A DNA stretch of 64,000 bases, from assembly GCF_006345805.1 (NCBI RefSeq), contig NC_042999.1, positions 155,310,001-155,374,000 of the forward strand, in the 5' to 3' direction. This stretch comes from Octopus sinensis. Taxonomy: Eukaryota. Under the pieces are notes generated by a model. That model searched no databases. It saw nothing but the letters and a program-made list of their open reading frames with translations, and was not told where the DNA came from. Both the position numbers and the translations under genes were made by a program. This document shows positions 1 to 49,419 of this stretch, piece after piece; the stretch's first letter is position 1, and every line of letters starts with the position of its first letter.

Positions 1-447
1 TGTGTCTCCATGACAAGAAGCTATTTGTAACTCTTATCTTATACAGTGCACATTAAATGAGATTTATTTCTCACTGAATGGAGTACATTTTTTGTTGATC
101 CTACCTCAACGGAACAGTAAATTATATATATATCCGGATGTGCCAGTACACGCGAGCGTGAGACATGGCCGCCCTGACGCACTTCTCACGAGGAATTCCG
201 GGCAGAGCTTCGTGAGATCAATGCAGAGACACTTCCGGGGAAAAAAAGGAAAGAAAGAAACCGCTGGAAAATCGATTGTAGCAGTAGCTCGATCAATCCA
301 TAGGAATATCTGAAGAAGAAATTTTATCATCCGAAATATTATATGAGAGTATGGATAATTAAATTACGTCAGTTACTATAGTCCATTGGTGTTATTATAG
401 TGCATTGTTGTGCCATTCAAAACACATTATTATTATTTATTATTATA

Positions 448-1013
448 TTGGGTTGTCCGGAAAGTTCGTGCCGATTTATAGTAGCTTACCTTTCGACTTA
501 TTTTAGAACATGGTTGAGTCCATAAAATAGGATTTGACTACACCTCCATTTAGAGCATAGTTTAAGCTACCTTTTCGTGTAAGAAGGTTTATGTTCCTAT
601 AACCTATGTTAATTCTGTAACCTTTTCAAATGGAAGATAAGAAAGTTCATTTTCGGCACTTGATGCTTTGGGAACCAGACAAAAATTGCTGCAGCTCGGC
701 TGGGATATGTTACCCCACCCTCCATATTCACCAGATATTGCTCCTTCGGATTTCCACTTATTCAGGCCTCTGCAGAATAGTCTTAATGGTAAAAATTTCA
801 ATTCCTTGGATGACGTAAAAAGATACCTTGATGAATACTTTGCCATGAAAAAACCTCAGTTCTGGGAAGAAGGTATTTTCAAGTTAAAGGAAAGATGGAG
901 ACGCATTGTGCAACAAAATGGTTCATATTTGGTTGATTAAAAATGTAATGGCAAGTATTTATTGACCTTTTACTTTCCTTTAAAAATCGGCACGAACTTT
1001 CCGGACGACCCAA
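448..1013 (+). mobile_element. internally deleted mariner transposon (566 bp)
   Basis: ~30-bp TIRs ttgggttgtccggaaagttcgtgccgattt / aaatcggcacgaactttccggacgacccaa with TA on both sides. Transposase N-terminus MEDKKVHFRHLML is joined out of frame to the C-terminus HPPYSPDIAPSDFHLFRPLQN. Confidence 0.93.
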
Positions 1014-1234
1014 TATATACACACTATTGCTTCACCACCATTCTGGCCATCTTCATTTATCCCACTTACCTCAAGTATTTGTTAGAGTTTTGATACGTGT
1101 AATATAATTGATACTTTTTAGACTGACATTAAAAGAATAGAATTAACAGAATTCAATAACATATGTTAATTAATATGCAAATGTACTCTGTATATATAAA
1201 CGTTGTATTCATTTCTCGTTACTTCTTTCTGCAG

Positions 1235-37882
<36,648 letters not shown>

Positions 37883-37886
37883 GGTG

Positions 37887-38129
37887 AATAAAAACAGTTT
37901 AATAAATGAGAACACTGCCAGAAGAAGTCAAACAAGAAATCACGAAAATATGAGGGATTGACAAAAAAGAATTTTATTTTGTTTATTCTTAATTCCTGTT
38001 TTAGAGAAAATCATTCTTTTTTCTTTTTTTTTTTGTTCCGAATGAAATAAAAGTAAAATAATTCTTTAACAATAATTCTAGTTAATAGTTAATTGTATAA
38101 AGTTAAATTAATAAAAGCGGATTAATAAA
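37887..38129 (+). promoter_or_regulatory. cluster of candidate polyadenylation signals in the 3' UTR
   Basis: AATAAA at 37887, 37901, 38046, 38110 and 38124; TG-rich tract from ~38189. Which signal is used is unknown. Confidence 0.5.
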
Positions 38130-38188
38130 AGTGGATTAACCATTATTAACTGCAAACTTCATATTCGCTGAGTTATTAATGAACGACA

Positions 38189-38269
<81 letters not shown>

Positions 38270-38794
38270 GTATGGATATATGTATGTGTGTGTATATATG
38301 TATGTATGGCTGGATGGATGGATGGATATGTATATGTATGTGTATGGATGTTTGTATGTGTGTATGTATGTGTGTATATATGTGTGTATGTATGAATGTG
38401 TGTGTATGTATGTGTGTATATATGTGTGTAGTGTGTATGTGTGTGTATGTATGAGTGCATGTATGAATGTGTGTGTATGTATGTGTGTATATATGTGTAT
38501 AGTGTGTATGGGTGTGTATGTATGTTTATATGTATGTATGTGCGTGTATATATGTATTTATGAATGTATGCATGTGTATGTGTATATATGTGTGTTTGTA
38601 TGTAAGCATGTATGTATGTGTGTATATGTGTATGTAAGCATGTATGTATGTGTGTATATGTGTATGTAAGCATGTATGTATGTGTGTATATGTGTATGTA
38701 AGCGTGTATATGTGTATGTAAGCATGTATGTATGTGTGTATATGTGTATGCGTGCATGTATGTATGTGTGTATGTATGTATGCATGTATGTATG
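38189..38794 (+). repeat. compound (TG)n/(ATGT)n microsatellite, the insertion site of the RTE LINE
   Basis: seen directly; ATGT repeats resume at 42250. Confidence 0.95.
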
Positions 38795-41700
38795 AATATT
38801 GGCTGTTGGAATGTACGGACACTGCTTGACCACAAGTCCGCTGAATGTCCTGAAAGAAGGACTGCGCTTGTTACGAAGGAGCTTCAACGCTATGATCTTG
38901 ACATCGTTGCTTTATCTGAGACGAGATTACCTGGAGATGGTCATCTTACAGAATCTTGTGGAAAATATACATTCTTTTGGAAAGGGAGAGATGAAGAGCT
39001 TAGAAGAGAAGCTGGAGTGGCATTTGCTGTTTAGACTACTCTTGTAGACAAGTTAGAAGAATTCCCAATCGGAATTAATGAGCGTCTTATGTCCATGAGA
39101 ATTCCTTTGGCTAAAGGAAATTATATGACCTTGGTGAGTGTGTATGCTCCAACTATGTGCTATACTGATGACGAAAAACTTTCTTTCTACCATGCTTTGA
39201 AGGGCATTATAAGAAATATCCCTCGGGCAGACAAAGTCATCGTACTGGGTGACTTTAATGCTAGAGTGGGTAGGGATTTTAACACATGGACTGTAATTGG
39301 AAAGCATGGGGTGGGGAAGTGTAATAGTAATGGCATGCTTTTGCTGCAGATGTGTGAGGAGCTGAGTCTGTGTGTTACCAATACCATGTTTCAACAAAAG
39401 AATAAGCTTAAGACTACATGGATGCACCCTGCCTCTAAAGAATGGCATATTCTGGATTACATCCTAGTTAGGGTGCGTGACAGACAGGATGTGCAGTGTG
39501 TTCGTGTTCTTCGTGGAGCTGAGTGTTGGACTGACCACCGCCTAGTACGTGCAAAAGTGAAATTAGTCACAAAACATAAAATCCGAGCTGCAAGGATGAC
39601 CCTGCCTAAAAGACTGAATGTTGATCGTCTTAGGTATAATAGTGTGAAGAGAACTTTACGAGAGGAAATGAATGCTGCAGATATTTGGGAGGATTGGCCG
39701 ACCCTTAAAAAGTCAGTTTATGATATAGGCAAAAAAGTTCTGGGATTGATACAAAGAAAGCATCAAGATTGGTTCAAAGAAAATGATGAACATATAGATG
39801 ATTTATTGGCTGATAAAAGACGTACTTTGTCACGCTATTTGTCAGCAAAGTCACAGGAAAGGGAAGTGTTGCATAGGGAACTCAAGGATGTAAAATCACA
39901 TGTGAGGCAAAAGCTCTCTCAGATGAGGGATACGTGGTGGAGTAAGAAGGCTGACGAGATACAGGTGGCATCAGATTCCAATAACACAAAGCTGTTGTAT
40001 GGTCTCTTGCGAGACGTTTATGGACCGACATCTTCCCTGATGACACCAATTCGAAGCAGGGATGGTAAAGAACTTCTTCGTGATTCACAAGGAATTCTGC
40101 AAAGATGGCAACAACACTTTGATGAACTTTTGAATCAGCAGTCTGTAGTTAGTGAGGATGTTCTCAATCTCATCCCTGGATTGCCTGTGAAGGCAGCACT
40201 CGCAGAACCACCAAAGTTGGAAGAAGTTGCAATGGCTGTTTCAAGGTTGAATAATGGGAAGTCTCCGGGTATACATGCGGAGTTGTTACAGCATGGTGGT
40301 GAGAAAATTCTGCAGAAACTTCACTCTTTGTTTGGTAAGGTATGGACTAGTAAATCTGTACCTGAGGACTGGAGAGATGCAGTAATGCTGGTTCTGTATA
40401 AGGGAAAGGGCAACAGGAATGATTGTGGTAATTATAGGGGAATATCATTGCTGTCTGCTGTAGGAAAGGTTTTATGCAGGATACTTCTGGATCGTCTGCT
40501 GAAATACATTGCAGATTGTGTTCTTCCAGAAAGTCAATCTGGCTTTCGTGTGAGACGTGGCACTGCTGATATGATCTTTTCAGCTAGACAGCTTCAGGAA
40601 AAGTGTGTGGAACAGGGTCTGGATTTGTATCAGGTGTTTGTCGATCTGACAAAAGCCTTTGATACCATCAATAGAAAAGCATTGTGGAAAGTCCTCCAGA
40701 AACTTGGGTGTCCTGAAAAGTTCCTTGCTTTGGTTAGGTCTTTTCATGAAGACATGAATGGTAGGGTGAATGTTAGAGGGAAGATGTCAGAGCTCATTTC
40801 AATGCAAAATGGAGTGAAACAGGGAGATATTCTGGCACCGACCCTATTTTCCATATATTTCGTGATGATGTTCTGTATTGCATTCAGAAACTGCAGTTAC
40901 GGTGTTTACGTCCATTATCGAACCTCTGGCAACATATTTAATATCAGGCGCCTTGCTTCAAAAACAAAGATATTTACCTCTATCATAAGAGACCTTTTGT
41001 ATGCTGATGATTGTGAGCTAGTAGCACACACAGAGATTGATATGCAACACATTTTGAATGCATTCTCTGATGCTTGCACTGCCTTAGGATAGACAGTCAA
41101 TCTCAAGAAATCTGTTGTCATGCATCAACCTGCCCCTGGTAAGCAGTATAGTGTACCAAATATCTATGTGAATGGTAAACGACTTGATGTAGTCGATCAG
41201 TTTGTCTACCTGGGAAGCACTATTAATAGATATGGCAATGTGGATGATGAAGTTCCATATAGAATTAGGAAAGCAAGTGTTGCTTTCAGAAGGCTAGAAA
41301 AGCACCTCTGGTGTCGGCAAGACATATGCAGAAAGACAAAGATAAAGGTGTACAAGGCATGTGTGCTCCCTTCTCTTCTCTATGCCTGCGAGACGTGGGT
41401 CACATATCGATACCACCTTAAACATCTGGAACGTTTCCATCAGATGTGCCTCAGACGGATCTATAGCATTAAGTGGAAGGACCGCATCAGTGATCTTGAA
41501 ATGCTAAAAGGCTCTCGGTGTGTAAGTATAGAAGCTCTTGTGTTAAAGCAAAGGCTCAGATGGAGTGGTCATCTGGTCAGAATGAAGGATTCAAGGATGC
41601 CAAAACAACTCTTTTATGGAGAGTTAGCTAAAGGAGAACGACCTCCACATAAACCAAAAAAGAAGTATAAGGACTTGCTGAAGGCTTCCTTAAGAGATGC

Positions 41701-42249
41701 TTGCATCTCTCCTGACACATGGGAAGGCATAGCTATTGATCGTAGCAGGTGGAGAAGGATTGTGCATGAGGGGACAGCCACGTTTGAGAAATCTCGAGTT
41801 GCACATGAGAAAGTAAGGTGGGATGTCAGGAAGAGCATCGCTGTTACACTTCCAGAAGGGAAGGGTCTTCCTTTGATTCTGTCGTGCAATGTCTGTGCAA
41901 GACCCTGCCTCAGTAAAGCTGGACTCATGAGTCATCTTCGTAGTCATAAAACGAGACAGATGAGTGACAACCTGGCCACTGGTGGTGGTGTAACACACCA
42001 TACTAATCATATCTGTCGGACATGTGGAAGAGAGTGTAATTCGACAGGCGGACTTAAACGACATGCAAAGGTACATGAAGCCCAGTTACAACTACAGCTG
42101 GCTATTACCAGTAAAGGTCTTAGTTGCCAATTTTGTACAAGACATTGTAGATCTTTGGCTGGGCTAAAAAGTCACATTCGATCACAGCACCAGTAACAGT
42201 TAAGCTTCGTGCAATGGCCATACTCGATAACGAGGGGGCAGCCATAATA
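38795..42249 (+). mobile_element. near full-length RTE-clade LINE (APE endonuclease + RT + 3 C2H2 zinc fingers), inactivated by two in-frame TAG
   Basis: single frame 38792-42196 with IGCWNVRTL, LGDFNARVG, WHILDYI, DLTKAFD, GVKQG and LLYADD (YADD 41000-41011). TAG at 39032 and 41090. 3' end ctcgataacgag...gcagcc(ata)n. Confidence 0.93.
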
Positions 42250-42479
42250 ATGTATGTATGTGCATATGTATATATGTGTAAGTATGTGTGTGGGGAGGGA
42301 AAGGGCTGAGTTGAAGGATCATGTTGAGGGAAGGCTGTAAAGCTGTTAAAGAGGGTCGCCTTAAACATGAGGGCCTAATGTGCTGACTTCAGAGCGTTGA
42401 CGTCAGAACCTCAATGAAAACTTTAAGTGTTGGAGGTATGAAACATGTGACTATGTGCTCTTTTCCAAGGTTGCATATG

Positions 42480-42641
42480 CACTAGCATAGCTAGAGGGCT
42501 AGAGGGACGGTCTGCTCCGGGCAGCATTTTTATAGGGGTGACACTATTGGGTCTGCCGTAGGCAATATGTGATTTTTGTGGGGTACGGGGGCGGAAAAAG
42601 GAAGGGCCGCCCCGGGCGGCACACACTCTAGCTACGCTAGT
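42480..42641. mobile_element. 162-bp hAT-like MITE
   Basis: 17-bp TIRs cactagcatagctagag / ctctagctacgctagtg; 8-bp near-TSD tgcatatg / tacatatg. Confidence 0.7.
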
Positions 42642-42977
42642 GTACATATGTCAACCACCCGATGTCCTATGAAAGATCAACTGCATGCAACTTCCTCCTA
42701 GATTCCACGTTTAATGCGTGAAAGAGTTTACAAGTGGATTCCGGAACTGAAGAGCCATAACGCGATTCATGGAGAATATATCTCACAGAGTAATCCGATC
42801 ACCCCAGAGGAAATTACGACTTCAGTCTGTCATTTATGTTTCAAAGCACGCACATCTGCAACGGGACTAAATCGTCATCTGAGCTGAGAAAGAATGTCAG
42901 AAATGTCATTGACAACGAGGAAGCTGAGAGAGACGGCAATCATCTAAGAAGATGCAACAATCACTATATAAATACAA

Positions 42978-43012
<35 letters not shown>

Positions 43013-44329
43013 AAAGAATAGTGGAAAATGGAGACAAACCCGAAAGGATGAAAGGCAAAGTTGACCTCGGCGGAATTTGAACTCAATACGTAACGGCAGA
43101 CGAAATACCAATTTCTTTACTACCCACAAGGGGGACAAACAAAGACAGACAAACGGATTAAGTCGATTACATCGACCCCAGTGCGTAACTGGTACTTAAT
43201 TTATCGACCCCGAAAGGATGAAAGGCAAAGTCGACCTCGGCGGAATTTGAACTCAGGACGTAGCGGCAGACGAAATACGGCTACGCATTTCGCCCGGCGT
43301 GCTAACGTTTCTGCCAGCTCGGCGCCTTTTTCTTGACAACTATGGATGCAATAATTCGTATTCACCAAACACAAATTCCACAGTAAATGTTCCGACTTTA
43401 ACAATATATGATTGGATTTTTATTGTTTTATGAATTTCGTTCAGTATTTTCATTAGATTTCTCTGCCGAACGAAGGCATTACTATTTTTCATCAAGAAAT
43501 ATCTTATTAGTTATGCCTTTTAATTCTGTTTTAAAAATTTACATGATGAGGGTCACTAAGTTGTCAACAACTCTATGAAGGCAGACAATAATAATATAAG
43601 ATGTTTGACAAGCCTGGTGTATGGAATAGTGGGAAAGCATTATAGTTATGTTGTGTCTGGGGTGAGTCATTCTCTTTTAGTGCCTTATTATTTAACACAC
43701 TCACCGGTAAAATTTCCACTTATTTCTTATTTTTATTTTGTAAAATTTTCGTTGCGTCTTGCAACCTTTTCATGAAAATTTTAGTAAATAAAAATAAGAA
43801 ATAAGTGGAAATTTTACCGGTGTGTGTGTTAAATAATAAGGCACTAAAAGAGAATGACTTTCCCCAGGCACAAGAGAATATGCTTCAACTCATATAAAGA
43901 ATCTTGCAAACCAAATCCATAAACGAAATTATAGTTATGTCCCTTGACTAAAAAAAAACAGAGTTATGCCCCCTTACACATAATTCTGCAATGATTACTG
44001 TTTAAATATGTAACTAAAAAAGAATAATGATGTGTTTTTAAAAAATGTTAATGAGATAATTATATACAGGCTTCACGTGTACTGCGACTCGTCAGAAAAA
44101 GGTAAAAGAGGGGACACAAAGCAACAATAAGTCGAGTAAAGAAAGACAGCAATGAAAGCTACCAGAATATATATTAATACGCAGAATAAAACAGGAAAAT
44201 TTGAATACAGAAATCCTTCGCCACATCGCGGTTCACTTATCGCTGTTTATTATTTAAGCTTACGTCGATTCCTCTGTATGTTGTTTTGCATATATAATAA
44301 AATAAATATGTACAGGCGCAGGTGGGGCT

Positions 44330-44745
44330 GTGTGGTAAGTAGCTTTCTTCCCAACCACATGGTTCCGGGTTCAGTTCCACTGCGTGGCACCTTGGGTAAG
44401 TGTCTTCTACTACAACCTCGAGCCGACCAAAGCCTTGTGAGTGGATTAGGTAGACGGAAACTGAAAGAAGCCCATCGTGTGTGTGTGTGTACGTGTGTGT
44501 GTGTGTGTGTGGTGTGTGTACGTGTGTGTGTGTTGTGTGTGTGTGTGTACGTGTGTGTGTGTGTGTGTCTCCTACCATCGCTTGAGAACCGATAGTGTGT
44601 TTATGTCCTCGAAACTTAGTGGTTCGACAAAAGAGAATAAGTACTAGACTTACAAAATACAAGTCCTAGAGTCGACTTTTTTTCGACTAAAGGCGCTGCT
44701 CCAGCATGGCCGCAGTCAAATGACTAAAATGTGTAAAAGAGTAGA
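44330..44745 (+). mobile_element. SINE family A
   Basis: colinear with 6235-6727. Confidence 0.82.
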
Positions 44746-44879
44746 TTATCTAAAAAATGATATTAAAAAATATACAATACAGTAGTTTCTGCTTCGCGGA
44801 TTTTCACATATCGTGCGATGGGGGTAGTAACACCCGTGATAGTCGAGGCATTACTGTAGTAAAACAACAATCAGGAACT

Positions 44880-45010
44880 GTATTGGTGAATTTGAGGAAG
44901 CAGTGAATTTTTGAAGGTTGCTGACAACTGAACTCGGTAGGTTATTCCATGCTTCAAGAATTCGGAACGTGAAAAAGAAAATCATAGGTGCTGCACTGTT
45001 TTTAAGTGTG
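44880..45010 (-). pseudogene. short CR1-like RT C-terminal fragment; related pieces at ~7250-7375 and ~24950-25100
   Basis: FFTFRILEAWNNLPSSVVS motif. Confidence 0.6.
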
Positions 45011-47031
45011 TCCAGCGCTGGATTAACCATTAAGCAAAATAACCACGTGCTTAGGGCATCAAGGGAAGCGGGGACTAGAATGGTAAATGGTTTACGGGAC
45101 AAAAGAAATCACTTTAAATTTGCTAAAATAATAATTCCAAATGGTTTATATGATCGAGAATATAATTATCAGATGTGTTACGTATGATTAATTTTGAGGA
45201 TCTGATCACAGACTTGGCAACTATAAAAAGTAGGAGAAAACTTCTCAAATATAAATAAAGTGGAAGTATACAAAAATAAACATTTATTTTCCATCTTTCT
45301 GTTAGTTCTGTTTCATTTTGAAAAATAATTTATTTTATGGTTTATTATTGTTTTGAATTACATATGTATGGAGACACCAAAATCTTTTAAGTGTTTAGGA
45401 CCTCTAATGGATGTTAATCCAGCCCTGATGGTAGAGATATTCTTTTCTACTCAAGGCACAAAGCCCGATATTTTGAGGGAGTCGATTAGATGGACTCCAG
45501 TACGCAATTGGTACTTAATTTATTGGCCCCCGGAAGGACGAAAGGCAAAGTTGACATGAGCGGAATTTGAACTCGGAACCTAAAGACAGACGAAATAACG
45601 CTAAGCATTTCGCCCGCCGTTCTAACGTTTCTGCCAGCTCGCCACCTTAAATATTCTTTTCTACTCTAAGCACTAGGCCTGAAATTTTTAGAGAGAGGCT
45701 AGTCGATTGAGTTCGACCCCAGAACGCAACTGCTACTTACTTTATCGTCCCAGGAAGGATGAAAGGCAAACGTGACCTCAGCGGAATTTAAACTCAGAAC
45801 GTAAAGACAGACGAAATACTGGAAAGCATTTTGCCCGGCTTACTAACAATTCTGCCAGCTCGCCTTTTATCTTTGGGGTCGATTAAATAAGTACCAGTTA
45901 CACAGTGGGGTCGATGTAACCGATTTAATCCCTTCCCCAAAAATTGAGGCCTTGAGCTTCCAGTAGAAAAGATTATTACAAATTAGTGCCCACCCAGAAT
46001 TTTCTGAAGTACCCCGTAAGCACCCAGGTGAAAGGCCTGTTTTTCTTACTTTTTTTTTTTTTTTTTGTAATTTGCTCAAGCTATAATCACCCTGGCCATG
46101 CTGTAGCACCACTTTTGGAAGTGCTGTAGGGCAAAAAGAAATAGAAAAAAGTTGTTTTGACTGAGAAAAGTTTTTTTCGTAGCCTAATTTTAAACTGGTC
46201 TGAATTCTAGTGACAGTCCATACAAAAGTGGGCAATGATAATTACTGACTTATAGCAGCTAATTAACGAGAATGTTATTAATAGTAACATCATAATTAAC
46301 CACGCAGCCTCTCATGTGGTTTACGTTCACGTTGCTGAAGACATAAAATCAGAGACGGGGAAGAATGACAATGGTAGGTTGGGAGGAGGGGGAGGGGGAG
46401 GAGGAGGAGGAGAAGAAGAATAAGAAGAAGAAGAAGAAAAGAAGAAGAAGAAGAAACAAAACCGACTCAGAACTTGTAAAGTGGGGGGTACCCGTCTATG
46501 AACGACTCCCTAAACGAACAAATTGAATGCAGAATGGTTTTTCTGGAGAAAATTAAATTCGTATTACGAACACACATTTGATCACTGAACAACGAACAGA
46601 CTATGCCGACGGGTAATTTAGTGGTGGGGTGTTCGTCTTTTCGCTAAGCGAGCTGAAATTTGAATAACAAACCACGACCACACCACGCACGCGAGCGCTT
46701 AGCGGGCTAAAATTTGAATAACAAAATAGTCGACTACGCACGAGTAAAACATATACGAACTGTACGCTAAATTTTATAGTGAACAGTTGCTTTTGAATAA
46801 AATTATATTCAGCCAACGAGCTGAAATCTAAACTACGAATAGCGATGAGATTATGCATACATTTAAGTGTTGGCAGAATACCTTCAGTGAACTCCAAATT
46901 ATAATATATTAGGAATATATATATATATATATATATAATCCAAACAAGAAAGCACAAAAAAACACAACAACGCGAGGACGTGGAACAAATATAGTATTAT
47001 TGGACGCTCAGGAAAGAAGGAAAGAAGGAGG

Positions 47032-47066
47032 GTTTAACGTTTCGAGCGGAGCTCTTCGTCGGAAAC
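47032..47066 (-). ncRNA. minimal hammerhead-like motif, same family as 10028, perfect helix I
   Basis: GTTT-CCGACGA-A-GAGC-tcc-GCTC-GAAA-CGTT^-AAAC. Confidence 0.55.
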
Positions 47067-47384
47067 ATAGGAGAAGGAAAGATCCAGAGAAGGGAAGACA
47101 GAGGGGAAAAAATCGCCAACGGTACACACGCGTCGAGTAAAGTGGTGAAAAAGTTTCCTGTACATGGTATGTAAATTCCGATAGTAGGTCGTGTTTGGTC
47201 ATTTCAAAGTATAGAGCTGTGGATTCTGTGTTGCCCATTCGAAGGGGTTTTGTGGGGATATCCCTAATATCCCAGAAACAGCTGTAAGACTATATCTCTT
47301 CCCTTATAAATGTCATGAAAACTCCTCACAGCCTTGGCCTTGTTATCTGTTCTTGTCTAATATATAGATAGATAGATAGATTCT

Positions 47385-47597
47385 TTTATTTGTTTCGGTC
47401 GTTTGACTGCGGCCATGCTGGAGCACCGCCTTTAGTCGAACAAATCAATGCCAGGATTCATTCTTTGTGAGCGTAGTACTTATCCTATCAGTCTATTTTG
47501 CCGAACCTCTAAGTTGCGGGCACGTAAACACACCAACATCGGTTGTCAAGCGATGATGAGGGGACAAACACTGACACAGAAACATACACTCACACAC

Positions 47598-47658
<61 letters not shown>

Positions 47659-47835
47659 GTGTGTGTGTGTGTATATATATATATACGATGGGCTTCTTTC
47701 AGTTTCTGTCTACCAAATCCACTGACAACGCTTTGGTCGGCCTGAGGCTATAGTAGAAGACACTGGCCCAAGGTGGGAGTGAGCCCGGGACCATGTGGCC
47801 GGGGAAGCAAGCTACTTAACGTCAGCGATGCCTGC
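47385..47835 (-). mobile_element. SINE family A
   Basis: reverse-complement match. Confidence 0.8.
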
Positions 47836-47836
47836 G

Positions 47837-47877
<41 letters not shown>

Positions 47878-48342
47878 AATTTGGAATTTAGTTCACGGAT
47901 CCCTAGTACTACCTTTGCGGACCGCCAGGGGCTCGTGGACCCCAAGTTGGGAACCACTGTACTAAAGGAGCCTTTATTGAATCCTGTAAATTATTGCTTC
48001 TGGTAAACCAACAGAGATTTGTGTGTGTGTGTGTGTTGTGTGTGTGTGTGTGTGTGGTGTGTGCCCGTTTGCATTAAATCCTTTAAAATGTTTTAGCCCG
48101 AAGGCCGCGGCCATGCTGGGGCACCATTTTTATTTGTATTTTTGCTGGGTTTTTATTTTTTTCCAATGAAAGTTAATACCAAGAATCCACCCAGCTGTTC
48201 TGACTTTCATAACCGTGAGTGAAGAAGAAAGAAACTGTTAAAAAGAAACAAGAAGCTCTTACCACCACCACACCACCATCACAACAATGACCACTACCAT
48301 CACTACTACGACTACTGCTGCTGCTGCTGCTACTGCCAATAT

Positions 48343-48407
<65 letters not shown>

Positions 48408-48994
48408 GTAATAATAATAATAATACTATTACTACTAATACTACTACTACTATTACTACTACTACTACAACTACTATTACTACTACTACTACAACTACTA
48501 CTACTACTGCTACTAATACTACTACTAATAATAATAATAATATTAATACTGCTGTCACTACTACTACTACTATTACTACTACTACTAATACTAATACTAA
48601 TACTACTACTACTGCATAAGTGGCTTTTTATTGTTACAACATACCTGACTTGACAGAGTAGCTGTGTGACTTTTACATTCCAAAGTAACATAAGCCAACT
48701 AATGCAGGATCTTTCCCACTCCCCATCCCCGCCCACCGTCCTTTTTCCTTCTTTCAGTGTGCGCGTGTGTGTGTTTGTGTAAACATATGTATGTATGTAT
48801 ATCACTCAAGTATACAATTACAAACCAACGTCCACCATAAAACTGCTGCAAAACTGGAAAAAATAGTAATAAACACATAAAACATGAAATAAGGCGGTGC
48901 TCCAGCATGACCGTAATCCATTGAATGAAATAACTAAAACAACAAAAGAATGCACGTGCGTGCATGTGTGTGTGTGTGTGTGTGTGTTCTTATT

Positions 48995-49194
48995 CATTTG
49001 CTTGCTTCAAGCATTTGACTGCGGCCATGCTGGAGCATCGCCTTGAGTCAAACAAATCGACCCTAGGACATTTCTTTGTAAGCTTAATATTTATTCTATC
49101 ATTCTTTTTTGCTAAACCGCTAAGTTACGAGGACGTAAACACACCAACGTCAGTTGTCAAGCGAAGGCGAAGGGACAAACACACAAACACACAC

Positions 49195-49236
<42 letters not shown>

Positions 49237-49400
49237 GGCAGGCTTCTTTTAGCTGCTTCCGTCTACCAAATCCACTGACAAGGCTTTGGTCGGCCCGAGG
49301 CTATAGAAGACGCCACTTGCTCGAGGTACCACGCAGTGGGACTGAACCTGGAACCATGTGGTTGGGAAGCAATTTTCTTACCACACAGTCACGCTTGCAC
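48995..49400 (-). mobile_element. SINE family A
   Basis: reverse-complement match. Confidence 0.82.
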
Positions 49401-49419
49401 CTATATACAGATTATTAGT

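Noticed and set aside
92-330. Short ORFs at the window start as an additional exon
   Set aside because: No cysteine pattern or domain motif, and no splice phase that links to exon 1.
39032-41092. Idea that both LINE TAG stops are rescued by A-to-I editing (UAG to UIG, Trp)
   Set aside because: The contexts FAV*TTLV and ALG*TV correspond to Lys and Leu in typical RTE proteins, not Trp. Single substitutions (AAG, TTG to TAG) or consensus errors explain them more simply.
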